From Anaerolineales bacterium (lineage in GTDB: Bacteria > Chloroflexota > Anaerolineae > Anaerolineales > E44-bin32), in NCBI GenBank assembly GCA_048054495.1, contig JBGMQN010000071.1, positions 9,632 to 73,631 of the forward strand: DNA of 64,000 nt, given 5' to 3'. This document shows, piece by piece, positions 35,202 through 43,147 of the stretch. The position numbers and the translations under genes were made by a program. The notes below the pieces were generated by a model, which was not told where the DNA came from, made no database searches, and saw only the letters and a program-made list of their open reading frames with translations. The number at the start of each line of letters is the position of its first letter. Position 1 is the stretch's first letter.

Positions 35202-36803
35202 CTATTTAGGATCTCGCTTGGGTTGCTCCCGCGGAGTACCGATGAGCAATCCCAGCCGAACGGCAGCCTCTTGAAGTTGGCGCCAGTGAAGGGGATCGAC
35301 CACCACGCTATTGGACCCTAGCTGCTCCCTCAAATAGCGACGGGTGCTTGGCGCCTTCAACAGCAGGTCGAGTATTTGTGGGTCCTCCACATGAAGGATG
35401 GTCTGCCGCTCGATTCTCGCCTCCATCCCGGCCCGCTCCCACCGCTCAAGCGCATTGAGAACGCCTTCTGGCGCTCCCATCTCAGCTAGAGCATTGCGTG
35501 CATGAGCGGCGGTTAGCCCATGGTCTTCAGCGGCATGTAAAGATTGGGCCGTCAGCCGATAATAATAGGCGCCCCCATCCATCCGCTCCCACGAGCAAAG
35601 CCGGGCGAGCTGATAGCGCAGCGTGCGATCCGCATCGCGCGCGATCCGAATGCGACCGTCAGGCCACGCCACCGCCTCACCTTCCTTCGACACGCTCATG
35701 TGCGCATCTGACCCCATGGCCGCTATGAGGCGAAAAGCGGACGGATCGTGGCCAATATCGGCAAGCCCCAGCCATAGCATCGGGCCCGCGATCAAGCGTC
35801 TTAGGTATTGCCCCTCGACCTTGTCCCAGGCCTCGAAGCCATGCAAACTGCTGCCATCTTCGGCGAGTTGCAGGTACCAGCTATCGAATCCTCCGGCCGG
35901 GCGCATGAAGCCTGGATCCACCGCATGCACCGCGTCTACGAAGCTGGATGGCGACCACCAGGTGTTGGCCGGGACCGTGTCAATCAAGTCGAGCGCCGCG
36001 CGCCTGCCTGCCAGCGGATCGTTGGGCCAATCGCCGGTGGGGCTGATTACGCCGGGAGTCTGGGAGAGATCGTTCCATTCGGTCGAGCTCTGCCAGGTAT
36101 CCTGCAGGTGCTCCAATGCTTGATCGCGAGCCATTTGCAGGAAGTCGCGTATGCGCTCTGGGGATCCGAAGATATCCGCTTCTTGCAGCAGACCCTCTAT
36201 CAAAGCCATCGAATCCGGCTGTCGGAGGAAGTCCGACAACCATCTGCGATCTAGCTCTCCTGCCCGACGGTGGGCGGCCAAAATTGTTGTCGCGTCGTCC
36301 ACTGCATAGGTATTCGATGGGATGATTTGTTTCGGATGTGGGGCGGGCTCCCCTAACGGGCGACGCTCAGGGCGGCTCACCTCGGGCAACTTGTCCAACA
36401 GGTCGTCGGGGACGAAACCATATTCTTGAGGTCCTCCGGTGGAGTCGGCGAAGGCCTTTGCCATAAGCCCCCGATACCAGAGCATTTCCAAGGGAGAGGC
36501 CGGCTCCTTCCACGGCTCCAGGCGGTCTCTCTTGCCCGGCCCCATTTCCCTGATCGGGCCAAATTGGCGGACGAGCACCTCCATCGGAGCCCGCCCTCCG
36601 CTCTCAAGCAAGCGTTCCAAGGCATGCCTCGCGTCCCCAGGCAGGGTCTCTAAGATCTCCGGGGTTCGATCCAGCATGGCGCTGGACAGGCCCTGAACCG
36701 TTACGGAGTGTTGATCATTTGGGAGTTCCAGCCCCCAGAGACGGGCGATGACCTTCAGGTGGCCCCGGTCGTGATCCTGGAGGGTCTGGGCGAGCATCTG
36801 CAC
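35202..36803 (-). CDS. Hypothetical 533-aa soluble protein
   Basis: Long ORF with coding-like composition and no motif I can assign. It sits 11 nt downstream of the diacylglycerol-kinase-like gene on the same strand. Confidence 0.55.
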   Translation of the reverse strand: MQMLAQTLQDHDRGHLKVIARLWGLELPNDQHSVTVQGLSSAMLDRTPEILETLPGDARHALERLLESGGRAPMEVLVRQFGPIREMGPGKRDRLEPWKEPASPLEMLWYRGLMAKAFADSTGGPQEYGFVPDDLLDKLPEVSRPERRPLGEPAPHPKQIIPSNTYAVDDATTILAAHRRAGELDRRWLSDFLRQPDSMALIEGLLQEADIFGSPERIRDFLQMARDQALEHLQDTWQSSTEWNDLSQTPGVISPTGDWPNDPLAGRRAALDLIDTVPANTWWSPSSFVDAVHAVDPGFMRPAGGFDSWYLQLAEDGSSLHGFEAWDKVEGQYLRRLIAGPMLWLGLADIGHDPSAFRLIAAMGSDAHMSVSKEGEAVAWPDGRIRIARDADRTLRYQLARLCSWERMDGGAYYYRLTAQSLHAAEDHGLTAAHARNALAEMGAPEGVLNALERWERAGMEARIERQTILHVEDPQILDLLLKAPSTRRYLREQLGSNSVVVDPLHWRQLQEAAVRLGLLIGTPREQPKRDPK

Positions 36804-36814
36804 CGCAGGTAGCC

Positions 36815-37729
36815 TCAGACGATGAGATGGATAGCTTCGGGGAGCACCTGCACGGTGAGCTCGCGCACGTTGTTCGTAGCGTTGGCGAAGATCTCTCCGT
36901 CCGTGTGAATGAGCAGTGGCTGATCCGCTTCGAGCTCAAGCTCCCGGAATCGCCCAATGTGGACTTCCTTGAAGCGTCCGTGCGTGCCGCGCATGAATTC
37001 AGGGATCATGCGAAACATCCTGGGGCGCGACAGCCACTCCACCATCGCATAATCGAGCACGCCGTCATCCGGCAGGGCCTCCGGTGCAAGGATGAAACCG
37101 CCCCCCTCACGCCGACCGTTACAGAAGGTAATCAGAAGGAACTCGTTCTCGATCTCTTCCGAGTCGGTGCGGATCTTGAAATGGGGAGCGTGGTGATCTC
37201 GAAGTATGGTCTTCACCGCGGCCACGAAATACATGGGAGTGCCCTGGAGGCGAGTGATGGTATGGGAATTGATGACCGCGGCAGCGTCAAAGCCAATACC
37301 GAGGGAGTTGTCCCAATATTCGGTGCGGCCTGACCCGTCCCGCACCATTCCGATATCCAGACCTCTCGGCTCTCCGGAAAAGGCTCGCAGGATTGCCGCG
37401 GCAGGATCCGATTCAAGCCCGACATTGGCACAGAAATCGTTTCCATTACCTATCGGTACCGCGGCCAGCATGGGACGGATTTCGGAACCAACCTGCATCA
37501 ACCCATTGATGACCTCGTGCACCGTGCCATCGCCTCCAACGGCCACCACGATGTCAAAGCCGTCCTGCGCTGCTTTTAAGGCCAATTCTGTCGCATGGGT
37601 GGGATACTCGGTGCCGGTCCATTCCGCGCCTCCCATGTGTTCGATGGTCGCCTGCAGCGAGGAGGCGATCCGCCATCCACGGCCGTTGTCAGCATGGTGG
37701 TTATAGATTAGCTTAACGCGGCGATCCAC
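36815..37729 (-). CDS. Diacylglycerol kinase-family lipid kinase (YegS/DgkB-like)
   Basis: DAGK catalytic motif VVAVGGDGTVHEVINGL, followed by PIGNGNDF. Confidence 0.88.
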   Translation of the reverse strand: MDRRVKLIYNHHADNGRGWRIASSLQATIEHMGGAEWTGTEYPTHATELALKAAQDGFDIVVAVGGDGTVHEVINGLMQVGSEIRPMLAAVPIGNGNDFCANVGLESDPAAAILRAFSGEPRGLDIGMVRDGSGRTEYWDNSLGIGFDAAAVINSHTITRLQGTPMYFVAAVKTILRDHHAPHFKIRTDSEEIENEFLLITFCNGRREGGGFILAPEALPDDGVLDYAMVEWLSRPRMFRMIPEFMRGTHGRFKEVHIGRFRELELEADQPLLIHTDGEIFANATNNVRELTVQVLPEAIHLIV

Positions 37730-37884
37730 GCGTTCAATTGTCCTTTGAAGGTGGCAATCGGGATGATGGAAGCGATTATAGCCGATGCGCGAACCACTTC
37801 TTTATGCACATGCCTCGTACCCGGAGCTGCACGATGTGTATGATCAAAGCGCCTCAGTAGTACCTTTTTTAAGCGTAAAGTGGA

Positions 37885-37913
37885 TTGACTCTTAGGCCGA
37901 GTCTGCGTAGAGT
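37885..37913 (+). promoter_or_regulatory. Sigma-70-type promoter TTGACT-17 nt-TAGAGT with no downstream ORF
   Basis: TTGACT at 37885-37890, an exact 17-nt spacer, and TAGAGT at 37908-37913. It lies inside a 463-bp gap between two minus-strand genes. Confidence 0.55.
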
Positions 37914-37919
37914 CGGGGT

Positions 37920-38135
37920 AGTAAGAGCCTCAGGCCACCAAAGGACTGCTATACCCCCGTCGGCCGTGGCGCTACTCTGACCAAACAGCCCAAGCCATTC
38001 AGTGGGTGGCGAAGGGAAAGTAGTACGCCGGTCGGTCGGAGTTCCGCCCTTCCCTGCGGCGAACAGATGTGGGGCCTTCCGGTAAGAGCGGCAGTGCCGG
38101 CCGTCCGGCGGATTGGCAGGGGGCTCTGCTTCTTT
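37920..38135 (+). ncRNA. Candidate structured RNA of unknown class
   Basis: Starts just downstream of the promoter. A long-range helix pairs AGAGCCTC (37924-37931) with GGGGCTCT (38120-38127). Local hairpins include GCCAC(37934)/GTGGC(37966) and GCCGG-ccgt-CCGGC (38096-38109). Only short, spurious-looking ORFs are present. The 3' end is approximate. Confidence 0.35.
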
Positions 38136-38192
38136 GTATAACCTCTATTCATAACCCCCAAAACACACGCGAGATTCGGGCAAGCAGGAATC

Positions 38193-39962
38193 CTACGCGC
38201 GGCTGTCGAGTCGCGAGGGGGAGGGAGAGAGATCGGATGTTCGGCCCAGGACCCGGTAGGCGGTCGAGCCTTCACCTGTTCCGTCAGGCTCAAAGCTAAA
38301 TTGGTGTTGGGCCGGCTCCAGGTATTCGTGGGTGCGTTCGCTGATCCATAATTCCCCGTCTGCAGCACGACTTTGCAGCCTGCGCGCGGTTCTCACCAAA
38401 TCTCCGGTGATTGTGAGTTCTTGCCCGATCCTGATGCCTTGACCCAGCGCGCGATTCGGGAGATGGGGGCCCACCGTGACCTCCCCGGTGTCGATCCCAA
38501 TGCCGATGCCTGGCGCAGGGAGATCAGGGCCCCCGTCGGCCGATTCGACATGCTCAAGTAGCGCTAGCGCGGCGTGGGTCGCGAGCAGGGCGCTCACTTG
38601 AGGAGGTGCGCGATTCGGCGGTACCCCAAAGGTCGCGGTCAATGCCGATTGCTCTGCGAGACCTACGGTTCCGCCGTGTTGCTGAACAATCTCCGCACTC
38701 TCTGCGAGAAGTGATTCATCAACCGATGCAGAAAACCTCGCATGCAGTACCGAGACTTTCTCGGCATTCCCGATCGTTGGAATGGTGGTCGCATCGCTGG
38801 CCGACGGCTGTCGTTTGGATAGCGGCGGCAACCGCAATTTGAACCAGGCCGGCAGGATAAGAAGGGATCCAATTGCGACCGTGACTAAAAATGGATAAAC
38901 CGGCCCGAAGAGCTCCCAGATCTGGCTTCCGATCCAGGGGGACGGGAGAGAGAAGATACTGACTGAAGTCGCAAACAAGCCATATGCGACTCCCCTTAGG
39001 TGTCGGGGGACCGCTTTTGAGATGAGCGAGCTTCCTGAAGGGGCAAACAGCCCGAAGCCAATTCCCTGCAGAGCGAACGAGAGCGTAAATCCCAACAAAT
39101 CGCCCGACATCGCAAGCACTAATCGCGATCCGACGCCCGCGAGTAAGGCCAACGCGATGACCGTTCGTTCGCTGGTCCGGTCGACCAGCCATCCCGCCGG
39201 ATAGAGCGTGAGCAGAAGAGCCAGCCCGTACATCCCGTCCATGAAACCGATGCTCTCCAGGCGAATCTCCTGGATGTCCGTCAGGTATACAGGGATTAAA
39301 TCGATCGAGAGCGTCATGGCGATATCCCGCACTCCATCGATGATCAAGACCCAGGCGATAATGCCGCCCGCGGCGACCAAGGCCCACATTTGAGCGAACG
39401 AGCTCTTGAGCGATTCCCAAGAGACCTGCTGGCTAGAGAGCTTCAGAGAGGGGGCCGTACGCAAAAGGAAGAAGAAGATGACGGCCGCAATTGCAAAGGC
39501 AACCATTGCGACCCCGAACATGAATTGGAAGCCAACCGCGGCTGCTAGCACGCCGCCGATCATCGGGGCGACGACGCCCGATCCTCGATAGACAGATTGC
39601 GAAACCCCGAACATCCGTCCTCGGGACGGCTCCGGAGTGATATCGGCGATGTAAGCCGCGAAGGCCGGGATTGTGAGCGAGGAAGTGATGGCCATCAACG
39701 CCGGAGCTAGCAGCGCGGCTTCCCAGGTTGGGGCGAGGGCGTAGACGGTGAAAGTCAGTACCCCCGTCACGCTCCCGATAAGAATTACCTGCAAGCGACC
39801 AACGACATCCGATAGCCAGCCGCCCAGAAGCTTTACCAGGATGGGGAAGATCATGGAGATGGTAAAGAACAATCCCAATTGAGTGATGCTGGCGCCCAGC
39901 TCCCGGATGTAGACCGGAATCAGCACAACCGGCATGGTGACGGCGAAATTCGTCAGCGCCAT
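38193..39962 (-). CDS. MFS transporter fused to a C-terminal degenerate class III nucleotidyl-cyclase homology domain
   Basis: ~12 TM helices span residues 1-390. The C-terminal ~190 aa follows the cyclase pattern (VSVLHARF.., QHGGTVG.., GIGIGIDTGEVTVG, ITGDLVRTARRLQS, GELWISERT) but lacks both metal-binding Asp and the Asn of the N..R pair. Confidence 0.7.
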   Translation of the reverse strand: MALTNFAVTMPVVLIPVYIRELGASITQLGLFFTISMIFPILVKLLGGWLSDVVGRLQVILIGSVTGVLTFTVYALAPTWEAALLAPALMAITSSLTIPAFAAYIADITPEPSRGRMFGVSQSVYRGSGVVAPMIGGVLAAAVGFQFMFGVAMVAFAIAAVIFFFLLRTAPSLKLSSQQVSWESLKSSFAQMWALVAAGGIIAWVLIIDGVRDIAMTLSIDLIPVYLTDIQEIRLESIGFMDGMYGLALLLTLYPAGWLVDRTSERTVIALALLAGVGSRLVLAMSGDLLGFTLSFALQGIGFGLFAPSGSSLISKAVPRHLRGVAYGLFATSVSIFSLPSPWIGSQIWELFGPVYPFLVTVAIGSLLILPAWFKLRLPPLSKRQPSASDATTIPTIGNAEKVSVLHARFSASVDESLLAESAEIVQQHGGTVGLAEQSALTATFGVPPNRAPPQVSALLATHAALALLEHVESADGGPDLPAPGIGIGIDTGEVTVGPHLPNRALGQGIRIGQELTITGDLVRTARRLQSRAADGELWISERTHEYLEPAQHQFSFEPDGTGEGSTAYRVLGRTSDLSPSPSRLDSRA

Positions 39963-40089
39963 GCCGATGAGAAAAATGAGCGTGGGTCGGTTGATTACAA
40001 GCTTGTCAGATATGTCCCACTCCTGGCGTCAGGTCGACGGGGTCCTCAGATCTTGGCAATCCCGTGTTGTTCTTCCAAGAGCAAGTGGT

Positions 40090-40734
40090 TCAGTTACCTA
40101 TCAGGCGGTCCACCTCCGCTATGGCCTGACTACGGCTGCGGAATAGGACCGCGTGCATTCCGATCTCCGCGGCTGCGGAGATGTTGTTCTCAAAGTCATC
40201 GACGAATACCGCGCGATCTGCTCGGACCTCCAGCCTATCGAGCGCAAGTCGGTATATTGCAGGATCTGGCTTCCTCAGACCGACCTCGGCCGAGATGACC
40301 AGATCATCAAATGCGTCGTCGATGCGCCAGTGACGCACAAGCTGCTCGCGAAGCTCGAGCCAAGCGTTCGAAATGAGTCCGGTCTGGAATTGCGCCCTCA
40401 ATCCTCGGATATAGCCTACCAATTCCGGATCGAGGTCATCACCCTGCCAGAAGTCCCGAGTCAGCTGCTGCCCTTCTTCTTGGCTCAGATCCAATTCCTG
40501 GCGCACCCATTCCCAAACCTCATGCGCGTGGACTTTACCTAGGGAAGCCTTCCTACCCATTTCTCCGCCAAAGATAAACCGATCCAGCTGGCGCGGCTCC
40601 ATCCCCAAACGCTGCTCCCAACGCTCGCGCTTGGTTCGATCTTCCGTACGTACGATGACGCCGCCGAGATCCCAGAAGACGGTTTCAATCATGGCTTCGC
40701 GCATTCTCGTTGAAGTGTATCCGAAGGGACTCAA
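40090..40734 (-). CDS. HAD-superfamily hydrolase (subfamily IA-like)
   Basis: Motif I VFWDLGGVIV, motif II LISNA and motif IV FVDDFENN. The listed start is TTG, and ATG at 40704 or 40692 are alternatives. Confidence 0.8.
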   Translation of the reverse strand: MSPFGYTSTRMREAMIETVFWDLGGVIVRTEDRTKRERWEQRLGMEPRQLDRFIFGGEMGRKASLGKVHAHEVWEWVRQELDLSQEEGQQLTRDFWQGDDLDPELVGYIRGLRAQFQTGLISNAWLELREQLVRHWRIDDAFDDLVISAEVGLRKPDPAIYRLALDRLEVRADRAVFVDDFENNISAAAEIGMHAVLFRSRSQAIAEVDRLIGN

Positions 40735-40753
40735 ACCTTACAAAGGGCGTGTT

Positions 40754-41770
40754 TCAGTCGGGCAGGCCGAGGTTCATCAATTCCTTGCCCGGCCGAAGCT
40801 CCTTGGCATAGGTATCCCACTGAAGGGAGATCTTCATGCCGGCCTTCTCATAAAGTCGCGTGGCCCCCGTAGGGTTCTGACCATCGACACCGAGGCCAAC
40901 CTTTAGTGTGTTGCGTCGCCAGAATTCTCCAAATGAATGCTGAAGGAGCGCGAGCGCAAGCCCTTGCCTTCGCCACGGACGGCGCACACTAAGCGTGCGG
41001 ATCCAACCCATCTCGGGATCATCGTCGGCGCTTGGCCGAGCACGCGCCAGGCCCGCGATCTGATCACCGTCCCAGGCGATGAACCATAACCCGGGATCGT
41101 AAGCAGATTCGTGGAAACTCGAGTGCGACCATCGTTCAAACCCTCGCTCGAATGACTCGGGCACATGTCCCCAGTGATCCTCGAAGGCTTCATCTTCGGC
41201 ACGGTAAACCGCCTCCGCATCCCGGTCACGATCAAACGGCTTGAGTTGGATGTCGTGCGGCCATTTGGGAGACCCAGGGGGTTCTTCAAGATCGATCGTC
41301 ATACGCCAGAAGAAACGGTCCGCGGTATAGCCTCGATCTTCCAGTAGCCGTGCGGAAGGTTGGTGGCCATGGTAGGTGCCGACGCTCATTACGACCCGTG
41401 CGTCGTCAGGCACCCGGTCGAGGACTTGGGCCGCGCGCTGCTCGGCCCACCCTATCAGATAACTGCCGATACCGAGTCCTTCGTGATCTAGGTGCACATT
41501 GCCGAACACCCATGGATGCACAGGAATCTCAGAGGTATCCCAAATCCCAGTCGCACCGACGAGCTCGCCCGGGGCGCTCTCGACAAGCCGGATATTTGAC
41601 TGAGGATCAAACCCGGGCGTTTCCCAATCTGCGCGTGCGTGATCCGCGTTTGTTTCATCGGCGCCAATCACCGCGTTGGCAAAGGCATTGGTGAACTCTA
41701 CGACTCGCTCCAGATCGGCCATGGAGGCTGGGCGGGAAGAATATCCATCGGGTAAAGGATCCACGATCAC
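40754..41770 (-). CDS. Double-GNAT N-acetyltransferase (MshD-like architecture)
   Basis: Two acetyltransferase halves. The C-terminal acetyl-CoA motif is SVRRPWRRQGLALALL. The GTG start overlaps the stop of the upstream paralog (GTGA). Confidence 0.75.
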   Translation of the reverse strand: MIVDPLPDGYSSRPASMADLERVVEFTNAFANAVIGADETNADHARADWETPGFDPQSNIRLVESAPGELVGATGIWDTSEIPVHPWVFGNVHLDHEGLGIGSYLIGWAEQRAAQVLDRVPDDARVVMSVGTYHGHQPSARLLEDRGYTADRFFWRMTIDLEEPPGSPKWPHDIQLKPFDRDRDAEAVYRAEDEAFEDHWGHVPESFERGFERWSHSSFHESAYDPGLWFIAWDGDQIAGLARARPSADDDPEMGWIRTLSVRRPWRRQGLALALLQHSFGEFWRRNTLKVGLGVDGQNPTGATRLYEKAGMKISLQWDTYAKELRPGKELMNLGLPD

Positions 41771-42771
41771 TCCTCAAGCGGCTTACGATAATCCGTCCAA
41801 CGCTTCACTTTTTCGAAACCCATGCTTTCGTAGAGACGAAAGGCGCCGCTGAGGTTCTGAGTGTCCACGCTCAGGGCGGCCTGCTCCATTCCCAGATCAC
41901 TTAACAAGTGGAAGCTCTGCGCGATCAGCGCGCGTGCCAGGCCGCGGCGGCGCCAGGGACGCCGCACGCTGATGCTTTCTGTGTAGCCCCGCTTGCGGTT
42001 GTACTCTTCGTTCTCACGCTCGTCGATGAAATTGAGCACCATGCCGGCCACTCGATCGCCGTCCCAGGCGACCTTCCAGAGCTCGGTGTTGAAAGTTGGC
42101 TCCTCGAGCCATTCTTGAAATGCCTCCTCTGTTTGAGTTGAGTAGCCCCAATGGTCCCTGAAAGCCTCCGCACTGGCATCCCAGATGGGACGAATATGCT
42201 CGTCCCTTACCGGACGGACTTCGAGATCGGGAGGCGTCGGCAGATCGGGCAGTTTGCCATCCAGAGCGCGCGCCATTTCGACCTCGTACCGCACTGGCTC
42301 ATAGCCCTCGCTCCGGTACAGAGCCGCTTTTCCAAGCTCGGTGTCTGCCCCAAAGGTCTGCAAGTAGCGCTCACTGCCTTGCGGATGGCCGGAAGCTATT
42401 TGCAGGAGGCGATGCTCGCACCACCTCAGCATCGTCCTTCCGATCCCTTTTCTTCGCCACTCTGGCAACAGGGTGCCATAGTGCCAATAGATACGATCCC
42501 CCTCAAGCAGTTTTTCCCAGAAGACGCGGCAGTACGCGATCGGTTCGCTGTCAGCTTCAGCGAACAGCATGTCCTGGAAGGGGTCACAGTTCCTAAGATG
42601 GGAGTACGATCGCTGGATGTCCTCAAGTGAGGTCACCTGCTTGATCTGGTCGAAATCCTTTGAGCCCTCGACGATGGCTACGATAGCCGGGTAGTCGAGC
42701 TCTCCCCGGAATCCTCGGAACGTAAGGCCTTCGATCTCTGGCGCATCTTGCAGTTCGACTTGCTGCTGCAT
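41767..42771 (-). CDS. Double-GNAT N-acetyltransferase, paralog of the downstream gene
   Basis: LPEWRRKGIGRTML in the first half and SVRRPWRRRGLARALI in the second. SD aaggaga upstream. Confidence 0.75.
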   Translation of the reverse strand: MQQQVELQDAPEIEGLTFRGFRGELDYPAIVAIVEGSKDFDQIKQVTSLEDIQRSYSHLRNCDPFQDMLFAEADSEPIAYCRVFWEKLLEGDRIYWHYGTLLPEWRRKGIGRTMLRWCEHRLLQIASGHPQGSERYLQTFGADTELGKAALYRSEGYEPVRYEVEMARALDGKLPDLPTPPDLEVRPVRDEHIRPIWDASAEAFRDHWGYSTQTEEAFQEWLEEPTFNTELWKVAWDGDRVAGMVLNFIDERENEEYNRKRGYTESISVRRPWRRRGLARALIAQSFHLLSDLGMEQAALSVDTQNLSGAFRLYESMGFEKVKRWTDYRKPLEE

Positions 42772-42830
42772 CAGGTTCTCCTTAACAATTATGGGCCGCT
42801 AACTTCTCGCGGCCCACCCGTTCTATCAGG

Positions 42831-42859
42831 AAAACAAAAACCGCGGGGGAGGCCCGCGG
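42831..42859 (-). terminator. Rho-independent terminator following the 25-codon ORF
   Basis: Minus strand reads CCGCGGG-cctcc-CCCGCGG followed by tttttgtttt. Confidence 0.75.
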
Positions 42860-42881
42860 CGCGTTGTTTCAGGGTTTCAAT

Positions 42882-42959
42882 TCAACCCGCGGCAGGCGCA
42901 ATCCACTCAGGCAGGGCGATGCCCGATGCCTCAGCGATGTCAGGAAGTTGAATTGTCAT
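42882..42959 (-). CDS. Small ORF, 25 aa (MTIQLPDIAEASGIALPEWIAPAAG)
   Basis: Translated by hand, as it is below the ORF-track cutoff. AGGAGG lies 5 nt upstream of the ATG. It has its own promoter upstream and a terminator 22 nt after the stop. Confidence 0.5.
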   Translation of the reverse strand: MTIQLPDIAEASGIALPEWIAPAAG

Positions 42960-42987
42960 GTGCACCTCCTGTACCGGACCGAAGCGC

Positions 42988-43016
42988 AGTCTAGCACCGG
43001 CCATAAGGCGTGTCAA
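42988..43016 (-). promoter_or_regulatory. Strong sigma-70-type promoter TTGACA-17 nt-(TGc)TAGACT
   Basis: The minus strand reads TTGACAcgccttatggccggTGcTAGACT. The -35 box is at 43011-43016 and the -10 box at 42988-42993. Confidence 0.6.
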
Positions 43017-43147
43017 TGAGAGGGGCATCCATGAGCTGCGATCGCGCACCATGATCTACTTTGAGCGCGGGTCCCAGGTCAGCTACCCACAAGCCGGGCG
43101 AATGGTCTAACCAAGGAATATGCAAACTCGAGTGGAGCATGAATGGA

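Noticed and set aside
37914-38140. Possible RNase P RNA, SRP RNA, tmRNA or cobalamin riboswitch identity for the structured intergenic RNA
   Set aside because: Only a short CGGTAAGAGCG resemblance to RNase P was seen. The universal GAGGAAAGTCC and ACAGAA..GGCTTA elements, the SRP GGAAGCAGC helix-8 motif, the tmRNA ends and the B12 box are all absent on both strands. It is also too short for RNase P. I kept it as an unknown-class candidate.
40754-42771. Calling the double-GNAT genes mshD (mycothiol synthase)
   Set aside because: Only the two-GNAT-domain architecture matches. No other mycothiol genes are in the window, and mycothiol is not established outside Actinobacteria. I annotated them generically.
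42748-42951. 67-aa plus-strand ORF in the hom/GNAT intergenic region
   Set aside because: It has no SD or promoter and runs antisense to a much better-supported minus-strand mini-gene (promoter, AGGAGG, 25 codons, terminator).
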